Shown: piece by piece, positions 26,242 to 35,922 of the stretch
How the letters are laid out: each line of letters opens with the position of its first letter
Position numbering within the stretch: position 1 is the first letter of the stretch
Program-made: the position numbers and the translations under genes
Assembly (NCBI GenBank): GCA_013151235.1
Contig: JAADIO010000041.1
Span: 1-55,399 of the forward strand
Reading direction: 5' to 3'
From: Deltaproteobacteria bacterium
Lineage (GTDB): Bacteria > CG2-30-53-67
Length of the DNA stretch: 55,399 nucleotides
Notes under the pieces: model-generated
Told to the model about the DNA's origin: nothing
The model's database searches: none
What the model saw: the letters and a program-made list of their open reading frames with translations, nothing else

Positions 26242-28767
26242 TTATTTCGTCAGGGTTCGAACACCCTTTCTATTCAGGTCGATTGTTGTACGCAGGGCCT
26301 CGAAGTTATAGGGAAAGAGTACTAAATCGAGGGCCGGCCTAACCTGTTGCAGGAAATGGCTCAAACCTGCAATCTTCGTTCTGGGCACATAGATGATATC
26401 ATTGTTCCGGAGTGTCAGATTGTCGGAAAGGTCCCCCGTCCGGAAAAAATGCTTGAGATTCACAGGGATCACCTCCGGTCGGGAGATATCTCCCCGAATG
26501 AGCCGCACGCTCTGTACCACGGCATCCTTGGTGAAACTTCCGGCCTGCCCGACGGCTTCAAGAACGTTCATCCCCTCTTTCAGGTCGAAGACCCCGGGAT
26601 TCTTCACCTCACCGAAGACAAAGACCTTGCTGACCCCCGCGGAGGTTTCCGGGATAAAAATCGAGTCCCCCGGATAGACGGGAATATTCTGGGAGAGGTC
26701 GGACTGAAAGATCGCTTTATAGAGATTGACGTAGAGGGTCGTGCCGTTCTTCCGGGTCACGGCAATCTTTTTCAGGTTCGCCGTCGGTTTCGGCCCGCCT
26801 GCAAGAGTCACCAGCTCCACAATCCGGGTCGGTTTTGTCAGGGTATAGATCCCCGGACCGGTCGGTTGTCGGACCAGGGAGTTGATGGCACCGAGAAGGA
26901 TCACCTCCTGACTGTGATGTTCCTTGATGAGAATATCGACGCGGGGGTGCTTGAAATATCGGCTTAATTGCTTCGTCAGCAGATGGTCCAGCTCCGTAAT
27001 CGTCAGCCCGGAAACCTTCAGATCGTCCACCATGGAAAAAGAGAGGGTCCCATCCGGACGGACCGGCACCTCATACTCGTCGGCGCTGAACTGCTTCCAG
27101 AAAGTGATCTTCAGTATATCTCCGGGACCGATCCGGTATTCATTCAGCATCTGATTCTTTTGGAATTCCTTCTGTTTCTTCCGGTCCTCTTCGCCGGGCG
27201 CCAGTCCGTCATCCACGCTGCGCAGATGTGTCACCACCACATCAACACGGCGGTTGGTCACCCCCTTGGCCCGAAGGGCCGCGCTCACCGGTTTCCCGTC
27301 GGCAAAACCGACCGTCGAGATCCGGGAGGACGGAATGGAAACTCTCCCTGCCAACAGGTCCCGGACCGCATCGGCCCGCTTCCTGGAAAGGGCCATGAGG
27401 GAACTCCCGTCGACAACCGATTCGCCGGTCTGGGCATGCCCCTCGATTCGGATACTCTCCACGCTCGGGGAAATCCGGATCAGATGAATCAGTTCCGCCA
27501 GGACGCTCTGTCCGGCGTCGGTGATCTCTATCCCTGTTGTTTTGAAGGGGATCCCGAACCGGGTAATTGCCCGGTAGGGCTTGACCGGATGTTCCGGCTC
27601 CGCAGCGACCGTGGGTCCGGCGGCATGCGCGCCCGTGTGTCGGCCGCCTAACCAGACCTGGACTCCTTCACTGTAGCTTGCCGCGACCAGATCCCGGTTC
27701 CCGTCGCCGTCCACATCGGCTACGGCCAGTCCGTAATAGGAACCTCCCTCCGGCAACTGTCCCTGAGAAAGGAGCCACCCCCCCGCACGGGAGGCAAGCC
27801 AGAGCCGGACACCCCGGGAGTTCACCGAGGTCGCTGCAAGATCCATCCGGCCATCGCGATTAAAGTCAGCCGCATCGACATCCCAGAAAAATCCCCGGTT
27901 CACGGGAAAAACGGCATCCTCCCAACCGCCCTGCCCGTTTCCGTACCAGACGCGTATCCCATGATAATAGGTGGTCGCCGCAATATCGATACGGCCGTCT
28001 CCATTCAGGTCCGCCGCCGTGACCCCCCAGAAATCCCCTTCCTTCGCCGGGGAGGGGAAGGCCGACCAAGCCCCGTCCCCGCTGCCCAGGAAGATCCGGA
28101 TCCCGCCCGGATGACCCCAGGTTGTCCCCACCAGATCGAGTCTCCCATCACCGTTCAAGTCGGTCACAGCAACATCCCGGTAGATATGGGCGGCATCGGG
28201 ACCGATTTCCGCGGTCCAGTTCCCGCGACCGTCCCCCAGCCAGACCTGGAGCCCGCCGTTCTCTTCGCCGGAGCTGTTGGCGCCGATAATATCGAGATGC
28301 CCGTCATGGTTTATGTCAACACATTTCAGGGCATTGTAGCTCCCCAGATCGGCAGGGGAGTTCCCTTTCCACCAGGTGCCGTCTTTTTTCTGAAGGAAGA
28401 CGACCACCCCTTTTAAATCCTGCTGTCCACCGATTATCATATCCAGCCGACCATCACTGTTCAGGTCTCCCAGTGCAATCGCCCGCACATCACCGCTCAC
28501 GGCAGGCCCCCGGGAAGCACGCCACTTACCGTTGCCGTCTCCCATCCAGAGGGCAATCCCGCCGGGGAGAAAGGAACCGGCGGCAAGATCAACAACTCCG
28601 TCACTATTGATGTCCCCCTGCACGACACAATGAAAGTGCCCGGCATGGATGGGGCCGGTTTCCTGCGACCAGAGGAGGGTCTTTCCCGACCCGCTCCCGA
28701 TCGCGGCACAACCCGCAAGAAGCAGGCAGAAAACACAGAACAAACTCACGGCAAGACGACTCACCAT
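26242..28767 (-). CDS. wza: Lipoprotein fusion: FG-GAP beta-propeller + OmpA-like domain + Wza (Poly_export, SLBB)
   Basis: Lipobox LLAGC, seven DxNxDGxxD repeats, IEGH..LSRKRADAV..NRRV, EYRIGPGDILKI..VRPDGTLSF, two SLBB domains, and a C-terminal amphipathic helix. Confidence 0.88.
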   Translation of the reverse strand: MVSRLAVSLFCVFCLLLAGCAAIGSGSGKTLLWSQETGPIHAGHFHCVVQGDINSDGVVDLAAGSFLPGGIALWMGDGNGKWRASRGPAVSGDVRAIALGDLNSDGRLDMIIGGQQDLKGVVVFLQKKDGTWWKGNSPADLGSYNALKCVDINHDGHLDIIGANSSGEENGGLQVWLGDGRGNWTAEIGPDAAHIYRDVAVTDLNGDGRLDLVGTTWGHPGGIRIFLGSGDGAWSAFPSPAKEGDFWGVTAADLNGDGRIDIAATTYYHGIRVWYGNGQGGWEDAVFPVNRGFFWDVDAADFNRDGRMDLAATSVNSRGVRLWLASRAGGWLLSQGQLPEGGSYYGLAVADVDGDGNRDLVAASYSEGVQVWLGGRHTGAHAAGPTVAAEPEHPVKPYRAITRFGIPFKTTGIEITDAGQSVLAELIHLIRISPSVESIRIEGHAQTGESVVDGSSLMALSRKRADAVRDLLAGRVSIPSSRISTVGFADGKPVSAALRAKGVTNRRVDVVVTHLRSVDDGLAPGEEDRKKQKEFQKNQMLNEYRIGPGDILKITFWKQFSADEYEVPVRPDGTLSFSMVDDLKVSGLTITELDHLLTKQLSRYFKHPRVDILIKEHHSQEVILLGAINSLVRQPTGPGIYTLTKPTRIVELVTLAGGPKPTANLKKIAVTRKNGTTLYVNLYKAIFQSDLSQNIPVYPGDSIFIPETSAGVSKVFVFGEVKNPGVFDLKEGMNVLEAVGQAGSFTKDAVVQSVRLIRGDISRPEVIPVNLKHFFRTGDLSDNLTLRNNDIIYVPRTKIAGLSHFLQQVRPALDLVLFPYNFEALRTTIDLNRKGVRTLTK

Positions 28768-28827
28768 AGGATCTTCTCCATCTTTCAGACAGTTGCAAAG
28801 GAATACAAATGACCGGTACTTAATAAA

Positions 28828-28855
28828 ATTCTATCATAGACCCTCAACCTGTCAA
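28828..28855 (-). promoter_or_regulatory. Putative sigma70 promoter of the polysaccharide operon
   Basis: Minus strand TTGACA-N16-TAGAAT with an extended -10 TG. Confidence 0.6.
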
Positions 28856-29044
28856 GAAATTTGTATCGGAATTTTGGCACTTCTCTTGTAAGTGTTATCG
28901 GAACATTTCAATCGGAACTATAGAATCTTTTTCTGAAAGATCTCTTTTTAACAATTCAAACACAACTTCAGTTCCGTCAAAAAACAAACGACGTAAAGTG
29001 TGACGAAGACACTTCCGAAGGAGTTGTACACTCCCGTAATTTTC

Positions 29045-29073
29045 TTGACAAGAATAGGAATTTTAACTAAATT
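29045..29073 (+). promoter_or_regulatory. Putative sigma70 promoter of the gsp operon
   Basis: TTGACA-N17-TAAATT, 33 nt upstream of gspC. Confidence 0.6.
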
Positions 29074-29106
29074 AAAAGAACTTACACGATTTCCGAGGCC
29101 TTCTTA

Positions 29107-29943
29107 ATGAAGAAAGTGAATATCTTCCATCTCGTTCTGACCACGCTGATCATTCTCTTCGTGGCGGATATCTCCATGAAGATAATCAACAGCCGTCTTG
29201 ATCTAGACCTGCCGGAACAGACCACAAAGAAACCGACCTTCTCCGGGGAAAAAACCGTGAAACCCTTTTCCGCCTTCTCCCGAATCGCCGAACGGAAACT
29301 CTTTGAGAAACCGGCTCCTCCCGATACGGAGAAAAACAACCAAGAGGAGGATCTCTCCGATCATCCGCTGACAAACCTGAAGTTGATTCTCAAGGGGACT
29401 GTCGTCAGCACGAAAGGCAACTCCTTTGCCGTTATCGAGGACGAAAAATTGCGATCCCAGGACCTCTATCATATCAATGACAGCATCAGCAGCGGCGTCA
29501 CGATCGCCTCGATCCTGAACGACCGTGTGGTCATCAATCGGAACGGTAACAAGGAATTGCTCCTCATGTTCCAGGAGGACAAAAAAGGTCGTCATACACC
29601 TGCACGATCCGATCGACAAGCCGCGTCGCCGCTGGTCATCAAAAAATCGGAAATCCGGGAGGCCGTCACCGATCTGCGCTCCATCATGCGGGATGTGCGT
29701 ATCATTCCTCACTTCGCATCGGGGAAACGGGACGGATTCACCGTGACTTATGTCCGGAGGGGAAGCCGGCTCGCGGAACTCGGCCTGCTCCGAAACGACA
29801 TTATCAAGGACATCAACGGTACCCCGGCCGGCAATTTCAAGAACATCTTCGAGATCTTCAATAAATACGCCGATTCGGACAGTCTGGATCTCGGGATTGA
29901 ACGAAATAATGAATACATGAACATCAGTTACACACTGGAATAA
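29107..29943 (+). CDS. gspC: Type II secretion protein C (HR + PDZ)
   Basis: N-terminal TM, LKLILKGTVV..AVIED, PDZ-like LGLLRNDIIKDING. First gene of the gsp operon. Confidence 0.85.
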   Translation: MKKVNIFHLVLTTLIILFVADISMKIINSRLDLDLPEQTTKKPTFSGEKTVKPFSAFSRIAERKLFEKPAPPDTEKNNQEEDLSDHPLTNLKLILKGTVVSTKGNSFAVIEDEKLRSQDLYHINDSISSGVTIASILNDRVVINRNGNKELLLMFQEDKKGRHTPARSDRQAASPLVIKKSEIREAVTDLRSIMRDVRIIPHFASGKRDGFTVTYVRRGSRLAELGLLRNDIIKDINGTPAGNFKNIFEIFNKYADSDSLDLGIERNNEYMNISYTLE

Positions 29944-30009
29944 GACAGCCGGCACAGCTCACAGCAATCGCAAAAATCGGGACTCACTATTGACAATCAG
30001 GAGCGGAGA

Positions 30010-32205
30010 ATGAACTTAAAAGGGACAAGAACTTTTTTCTACACGGTTCTGTTGGTCAGCATGATAATCCTCCCATGGGTCCGGACTCCGGTTGTCTCGG
30101 CCGAAGAACTGATCACCATGAATTTCGAAGATGCCGATATACGGATTCTGATCAAATTTATCAGTGAAATCACCCAGAAAAACTTTATTATCGACGACAA
30201 AGTCAAGGGGAAGGTGACCATCATCTCGCCGGAGAAGGTAACCATCCCCGAGGCCTACAACGTCTTCGAATCCATTCTGGATCTGAAGGGATTCACCCTG
30301 ATCCCTGCGGGTCAGGTCATCAAAATCGTCCCCAGTTCCGAGGCCAAGCAGCGGGGCATTCAAACGATTGTAGGCAAGGTTTCCGATCTCGGCGACCGGA
30401 AGGATGAATTCGTTACCCGGATCACCCGGCTGCGGTACGTCAATGCCGATGAGATTGCGACCCTGATTCGTCCCCTCTTCTCCAAGTACGGGAATCTCAT
30501 CCCCTACAAGGAGACGAACACTTTGATCATGACCGACATCAAATCGAACCTGCACCGGATCATGTCCATCATCAATCAACTCGATGTCAAGGGATACCAT
30601 GCAGAGCTCTACGTCATTCCCCTGCATTATGCCTCGGTCAGAACAATCTCGGACCATCTGAACAAGATTCTTGAACAGGGAGGAGCGGGTCTTCGGACCT
30701 CCTCGATTCGCAGGGTCCCTAACCGGCGCCGAAGGTCATTGACCGCGGGGACGGCATCATCCGTCTCGGGCGTCTCCACCTCGGCCAAGATTATCTCCGA
30801 CGAACGGACCAACTCCCTGATCGTCCTGGCCACGAAGAACGACTACGAAACCATTACCAAGCTCGTCGAAAGACTTGATGTCAAAGCCCCCTCCGGAACG
30901 GGACGGGTCAACATCTACTATCTTCAGAACGCCATCGCCGAAGAGGTCGTTGCCGTTCTCAACAAATTCATCACCGGCATCAATGCAGAAAAACAGAAAA
31001 AGGGAGGCCGGGGAGGCACCCGGCTTCCCAGCGAAACGGATATCAAAATCGTTGCCGACAAGGCGACCAATTCCCTCATCATTGATGCCAACCCCCAGGA
31101 TTACAAACAGATCAAGGACGTCATCGAGAAGCTCGACATTCCTCGTGCCCAGGTCCTGATCGAGGCCCTGATCATGGAGGTGCGGGGGAATGACACGATC
31201 TCCGTCGGTGTCGACTGGGAGACCCTTGGCGGGAAGATCGGGAAAGACGACTCCATTGATCGCCTTGGTTTCGGCGGCTCCATGGTGCAGGGAGATCTGG
31301 GGACAACGATCGCCGCTATTAATGCGGGAACCGCTCCTCCGCTGACCGGATTCAACCTCGGGGTCTTCGGAAATTTTATCGAATTCAACGGTCAGAAATT
31401 TCCTACGATCTCCGCCCTGATCAAGGCCGTGGCCAGCCGGTCCGATACGGATATCCTCTCAACCCCCCAGATCCTGACCATGGACAACGAGGAGGCAGAG
31501 ATCAAGGTCGGCGAGAACCGCCCCTTCCTGACCCAGGCCCGGACCGGCGGACAGGGTGTTAATGATGTTTTCCAGACATTCGACTTCCGCGATGTCGGCG
31601 TCACCATGAAGGTGACCCCCCACATCAGCCAGAATGGTTTCGTCCGGTTGAAGCTTTTCCAGGAAATCTCCAACGTCAATGCCCAGGCCACGGAAGGGAC
31701 GGGCGCCACGGCACCGGTCACGACGAAACGGTCCGCCGATACAACCGTTACGGTTCAGAACGGCCACACGATCGTTATCGGCGGGCTGATCGGGAATGAT
31801 GTCACGCAAACGGAGAGCAAGGTCCCCTGTCTGGGCGACCTGCCCTGGATCAAGTATCTCTTTCGTTCGACACGCACGGAAAAGACCAAAACAAACCTGA
31901 TGATCTTTCTCACTCCTCACATCATCATGAACCCCACGGAGGCGGCCCAACTTTCCGAATTGAAGGATCACGAGTTTAAAAAGTACCAGAAGAAAGACGC
32001 CCCGATGGAGCCCAGCAAACATTTTTACGGCCCGGAAGGAACCGCACCGAAGGAAAGTACCACACCGGCCCGGAAGGTGGCCGAGCCAACGGACAAAGCT
32101 GTCCTGCACAGGACCCCCCATCCAACCCCTTCCCCGGCACAGACCCGTCCGGAACCCCGGAAGGACCCGACACCGGAAGAAACACTCCCGGAAGGAAGCA
32201 AATGA
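30010..32205 (+). CDS. gspD: Type II secretion secretin D
   Basis: MNFEDADI, NFIIDDKVKGKVTI, DERTNSLIV, QVLIEALIMEV, ILSTPQILTMDNEEAEIKVG, KVPCLGDLP. Pro-rich tail. Confidence 0.96.
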   Translation: MNLKGTRTFFYTVLLVSMIILPWVRTPVVSAEELITMNFEDADIRILIKFISEITQKNFIIDDKVKGKVTIISPEKVTIPEAYNVFESILDLKGFTLIPAGQVIKIVPSSEAKQRGIQTIVGKVSDLGDRKDEFVTRITRLRYVNADEIATLIRPLFSKYGNLIPYKETNTLIMTDIKSNLHRIMSIINQLDVKGYHAELYVIPLHYASVRTISDHLNKILEQGGAGLRTSSIRRVPNRRRRSLTAGTASSVSGVSTSAKIISDERTNSLIVLATKNDYETITKLVERLDVKAPSGTGRVNIYYLQNAIAEEVVAVLNKFITGINAEKQKKGGRGGTRLPSETDIKIVADKATNSLIIDANPQDYKQIKDVIEKLDIPRAQVLIEALIMEVRGNDTISVGVDWETLGGKIGKDDSIDRLGFGGSMVQGDLGTTIAAINAGTAPPLTGFNLGVFGNFIEFNGQKFPTISALIKAVASRSDTDILSTPQILTMDNEEAEIKVGENRPFLTQARTGGQGVNDVFQTFDFRDVGVTMKVTPHISQNGFVRLKLFQEISNVNAQATEGTGATAPVTTKRSADTTVTVQNGHTIVIGGLIGNDVTQTESKVPCLGDLPWIKYLFRSTRTEKTKTNLMIFLTPHIIMNPTEAAQLSELKDHEFKKYQKKDAPMEPSKHFYGPEGTAPKESTTPARKVAEPTDKAVLHRTPHPTPSPAQTRPEPRKDPTPEETLPEGSK

Positions 32206-33749
32206 TGAACCCGCAGAACAAAAGCATCGGGATGCCCCTTTTGAAGAAAATCCCGGAACCTCAGTTGAGCGAAGAGACACTGAATCGAATCCCCCGCAGT
32301 TATCTCAAACGTTTCCTCCTCTTTCCCTTTTTCGAGGACGACAGCGGAGTCCGGGTGGCGATTTCCGACCCGGCGAACATGGCCCCGCTGTACGACCTGG
32401 GCAAATTACTGCTCAAGCATGTCGAACCCTACACAGCCACGGAGGAGGAGATCAACCGGAGCATCAACCTCTACTTCGGAAGTGCCACCGATACGGCCGA
32501 GCGGGTCATCGACGATCTCTCGGGGGAGGAATTCGAAAATATTGCCGAAGAGTTGGAAGAGGTGCAGGATCTCCTCGATGCCGAAACCGAGGCGCCGATC
32601 ATCAAACTGATCAACCTGATCCTCTACCAGGCCGTAGAGTCCCGGGCCAGCGATATCCATCTCGAACCCTATGAAAAGGACATGCTGGTCCGATACCGGA
32701 TCGACGGTGTCCTCTACGAACGGCTCCAGCCTCCGAAAAAATTTCAGTCTGCTCTGATCTCCCGGATCAAGATCATGGCGAACCTCAACATCGCCGAGAA
32801 ACGTCTCCCTCAGGACGGCCGGATCAAGATCAAGATCGCGAACAAAGAAGTCGACATACGGGTCTCTATCATCCCCACCGCCTTCGGGGAACGTGTCGTT
32901 TTGAGGCTCCTGGACAAGAATGCCACGATCTTCGACCTCGAAGATATCGGCCTCGTGGACCGGAACTATAAACTCTTTTCCCGCATGATCCGGAAGAGTC
33001 ACGGCATCATCTTAGTCTCCGGACCGACGGGAAGCGGGAAAAGCACAAGTCTCTACGCCGCGCTGAACAAGATCAATTCCCCCGACAAAAACATCCTCAC
33101 CATCGAGGATCCGATCGAATACCAGATCAAGGGAATCGGACAGATCCAGGCCAATCCGAAGATCGACCTGACCTTTGCCAGGGGACTCCGGTCCATTCTC
33201 CGCCAGGACCCGGACGTCATCATGATCGGAGAAATCCGGGACTTGGAGACGGCGGAAATCGCCATCCAGGCCTCACTGACAGGACATCTTGTCTTTTCCA
33301 CACTCCACACCAACGATGCCGCCGGAGCGATCACCCGGTTGACCGATATGGGGATCGAGCCCTTTCTCGTTTCCTCCTCAATTCTCGGGATCATGGCCCA
33401 GCGCCTGGTCCGGGTGATCTGCCCGATCTGTAAAGTCTCCTACAAACCGACCCGGGCCGAATTAGAGGAGCTGGGCCTGGATCCGGATCGTGTGAAAAAT
33501 CCGGTTTTTTCACACGGAAAAGGATGCGATCAATGCCTTGAAACCGGATATCACGGAAGGACCGGGATCTATGAACTGATGGTGGCAAACGACAACATCA
33601 ACAAACTAATTATGCAGAATGCAGACTCAAACCGGATCAAGGAAAAATCGGTTCAAAACGGAATGCGAACCCTTCGGGAAGACGGCGCCTATAAGGTCCT
33701 GCAAGGGATCACCACCATTGAAGAGGTCCTTCGGGTCACGCAGGAGTAG
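32202..33749 (+). CDS. gspE: Type II secretion ATPase E
   Basis: RASDIHLEP, EKRLPQDGR, GPTGSGKST, LRQDPDVIMIGEIRD, STLHTN, CxxC..CxxC. Confidence 0.96.
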   Translation: MMNPQNKSIGMPLLKKIPEPQLSEETLNRIPRSYLKRFLLFPFFEDDSGVRVAISDPANMAPLYDLGKLLLKHVEPYTATEEEINRSINLYFGSATDTAERVIDDLSGEEFENIAEELEEVQDLLDAETEAPIIKLINLILYQAVESRASDIHLEPYEKDMLVRYRIDGVLYERLQPPKKFQSALISRIKIMANLNIAEKRLPQDGRIKIKIANKEVDIRVSIIPTAFGERVVLRLLDKNATIFDLEDIGLVDRNYKLFSRMIRKSHGIILVSGPTGSGKSTSLYAALNKINSPDKNILTIEDPIEYQIKGIGQIQANPKIDLTFARGLRSILRQDPDVIMIGEIRDLETAEIAIQASLTGHLVFSTLHTNDAAGAITRLTDMGIEPFLVSSSILGIMAQRLVRVICPICKVSYKPTRAELEELGLDPDRVKNPVFSHGKGCDQCLETGYHGRTGIYELMVANDNINKLIMQNADSNRIKEKSVQNGMRTLREDGAYKVLQGITTIEEVLRVTQE

Positions 33750-33750
33750 G

Positions 33751-33817
33751 AACAGAAACCAGAAATCAGGAATTAGAAACTGGGGATCAGCAATCGGCAG
33801 CCGGCAACAACCGGCAA
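33751..33817 (+). repeat. Degenerate heptamer tandem repeat
   Basis: CAGAAAC CAGAAAT CAGGAAT TAGAAAC ... CAGCAAT CGGCAGC CGGCAAC immediately after the gspE stop. Confidence 0.55.
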
Positions 33818-33818
33818 T

Positions 33819-33861
33819 TTCCGTCTCAAATTCTTTAGATGCAAGGCGCTCGATTTTTGAG
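33819..33861 (+). mobile_element. Truncated copy of MITE-B (left end)
   Basis: TTCCGTCTCAAATTCTTTAGATGCAAGGCGCTCGATTTTTGAG is near-identical to 34121-34163. Confidence 0.7.
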
Positions 33862-33977
33862 TTTGATGATTAACGTGGGAATTACCCAAGGCTTTACGAA
33901 AAGATCCGATCGCCCCGCGCGAAGGTTTTGAGGAGTAATGAAGAACGGTTGGTCATCTTTATTGGGTAACAAACATT

Positions 33978-34110
33978 GATGAAGTCGTAAAAAGTCCGTT
34001 CGACCCTTCGACACGCTCAGGGCGAACGGTGTAAGTCATTGATATTCCGTTCGTGGTGAGCTTGTCGAACCATGAACGGAATCCGAAAAACGACTTTTTA
34101 CGACACCATC
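33978..34110. mobile_element. MITE-A with GATG..GTCGTAAAAAGTC terminal inverted repeats
   Basis: Ends GATGAAGTCGTAAAAAGTC / GACTTTTTACGACACCATC, flanked by direct repeat AAACATT (33971-33977, 34111-34117). Internal REP-like hairpins. Second copy at 55220. Confidence 0.85.
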
Positions 34111-34119
34111 AAACATTAA

Positions 34120-34241
34120 ATTCCGTTTCAAATGCTTCAGATGCAAGGCGCGCGATTTTTGAGGAATGAGGCGTACATTTTGTACGCTGCAGTGACGAGG
34201 AAATCGCAGCAACGCCGCAGATGAAGTATTTGAGACGGAAT
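34120..34241. mobile_element. MITE-B with 20-bp terminal inverted repeats
   Basis: ATTCCGTTTCAAATGCTTCA vs TGAAGTATTTGAGACGGAAT (18/20 inverted). Internal GCGTAC..GTACGC palindrome. Ends 10 nt before the gspF ATG. Confidence 0.8.
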
Positions 34242-34251
34242 CAAAGAGCCT

Positions 34252-35469
34252 ATGGCAGTCTACGAATACAAAGCCCTCAACAAAAAAGGCAAAACCATTA
34301 CGGGGGTCATTGATGCCGATTCCACCCAGGAGGCACGGAGCAAACTCCGGGAAGCGGAAGTCTTTCTGACCGATCTTTACGAAACAACCGCCGTCCAGGG
34401 AAAAAAGAGTTCCGCCAACATCGTCCTTTTTGCTCGAATCCGCCCCATTGAGATCTCGGTCATGATCCGGCAGATCTCCACGTTACTCAACGCGGGGATC
34501 CCCTTAGTGGAAACTCTGTCGGCGGTGATTGAACAGATCGACAATAAGGGCTTGCAAAAAATCATGTCCCAGGTCCGGGAATCAGTCCGGGAAGGAATGA
34601 GTTTTGCCGATGCCCTGTCCCGTCATCCCCGTGCCTTCTCATCATTGATGGTGAATATGATCCGCTCCGGCGAGAGCAGTGGCTCTCTGGACATTGTCTT
34701 GCTCCGGCTGGCCGATTTTCTGGAACAGCAGGTCGAGCTGAAACGGAAGGTCGGATCGGCATTGATCTACCCGGCGGTGACCATCTCGATTGCCCTGATC
34801 GTCCTGCTCTTTCTCCTCATCTATGTCGTCCCGTCGGTGACGCAGATTTTCGCCGACATGAAGCAAACCCTGCCGTTGCCTACGGCAATCCTCATTGTCA
34901 TCAGCCGTTTTACCCAGAACTACTGGTGGCTTTTCCTTTTTCTGATTCTTGCCGTCTTTTCCGGCATGAAAGCCTATACCCGGACCGAGCAGGGACGGAT
35001 CCATTTCGATCGTCTCAAGTTAAAAATGCCTCTCTTCGGATCTCTCGTCCGCAAGATCGCCATCACCCGTTTTTCCCGGACCCTGGGGACACTTCTGAAA
35101 AACGGAGTCCCCCTGCTGAACGCGCTGGACATCGTCAAGAACGTCGTCGGAAACAAGATCCTGGAGCAAACCATTGAAGATGCCCGAACCCATATCGGGG
35201 AAGGATCCACGATTCATGAGCCCTTAAAACGGAGCGGTGTCTTCCCTCCGATTGTCATCCACATGATCTTCGTAGGAGAAAAGAGCGGCACACTGGAGGA
35301 GATGCTGAACAAAGTGGCCGACACCACGGACAATGAGATCAACTCCACCATCAGCACTCTGACCTCCCTGTTGGAACCGATTATGATCGTCGGACTGGCG
35401 CTGGTGGTGGGCTTTATCGTCCTCTCGATTCTGCTGCCGATCTTTGAAATCAATCAATTGATCCGATAA
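34252..35469 (+). CDS. gspF: Type II secretion inner-membrane platform protein F
   Basis: MAVYEYKAL, RQISTLLNAGIPL, GESSGSLD, ALIYP, GEKSGTLEEML, LLEP. Confidence 0.96.
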   Translation: MAVYEYKALNKKGKTITGVIDADSTQEARSKLREAEVFLTDLYETTAVQGKKSSANIVLFARIRPIEISVMIRQISTLLNAGIPLVETLSAVIEQIDNKGLQKIMSQVRESVREGMSFADALSRHPRAFSSLMVNMIRSGESSGSLDIVLLRLADFLEQQVELKRKVGSALIYPAVTISIALIVLLFLLIYVVPSVTQIFADMKQTLPLPTAILIVISRFTQNYWWLFLFLILAVFSGMKAYTRTEQGRIHFDRLKLKMPLFGSLVRKIAITRFSRTLGTLLKNGVPLLNALDIVKNVVGNKILEQTIEDARTHIGEGSTIHEPLKRSGVFPPIVIHMIFVGEKSGTLEEMLNKVADTTDNEINSTISTLTSLLEPIMIVGLALVVGFIVLSILLPIFEINQLIR

Positions 35470-35487
35470 TGAAACAGGAGGTTGCCC

Positions 35488-35922
35488 ATGCTCGACCGGA
35501 AAGGCTTTACCTTAATCGAACTGTTAGTGGTCCTGGTCATTCTTTCGATCCTGGCCACCATTATCGGTCCCAAACTCTTCGGCCGGACGGAAGAGGCCCG
35601 GAGGACCGCCGCTATGGTGCAGATCCGGAATATTGAAAGCGCACTGGCCCTTTATGAACGGGACAACGGAAGTTTTCCCACGACTGAACAGGGCCTCAAA
35701 GCCCTTGTTGAAAAACCGTCGGGCGATCCGGTCCCCCCAAACTGGCACGAGGGAGGATACCTGGACAAAGGGAAGGTCCCGCTCGACCCTTGGCACAATC
35801 CCTATGTCTACCTCTCCCCCGGTGTCCACAGCAAGGAATATGATCTGGAATCCTATGGGGCGGATGGGGAAGACGGCGGCGAAGGGAAGTATGCGGATAT
35901 CGAAAGCTGGAACCTGGAATAA
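35488..35922 (+). CDS. gspG: Major pseudopilin G
   Basis: KGFTLIELLVV, FPTTEQGLKALV, DPWHNPYVY, SYGADG. AGGAGG RBS before ATG 35488. Confidence 0.96.
   Translation: MLDRKGFTLIELLVVLVILSILATIIGPKLFGRTEEARRTAAMVQIRNIESALALYERDNGSFPTTEQGLKALVEKPSGDPVPPNWHEGGYLDKGKVPLDPWHNPYVYLSPGVHSKEYDLESYGADGEDGGEGKYADIESWNLE

Noticed and set aside
28875-28890. Sigma54-like TGGCAC-N5-TTGTA upstream of gspC
   Set aside because: The -12 GC is replaced by GT, and a good sigma70 promoter lies closer to the gene. Not supportable without TSS data.
33882-33969. TTACCCAA/TTGGGTAA-bounded segment as an ncRNA or riboswitch
   Set aside because: Only an 8-bp inverted repeat, and no recognisable riboswitch consensus (including c-di-GMP GEMM).
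33750-34251. CRISPR array
   Set aside because: The repeats are inverted or MITE-type without regular repeat-spacer periodicity, and there are no cas genes.
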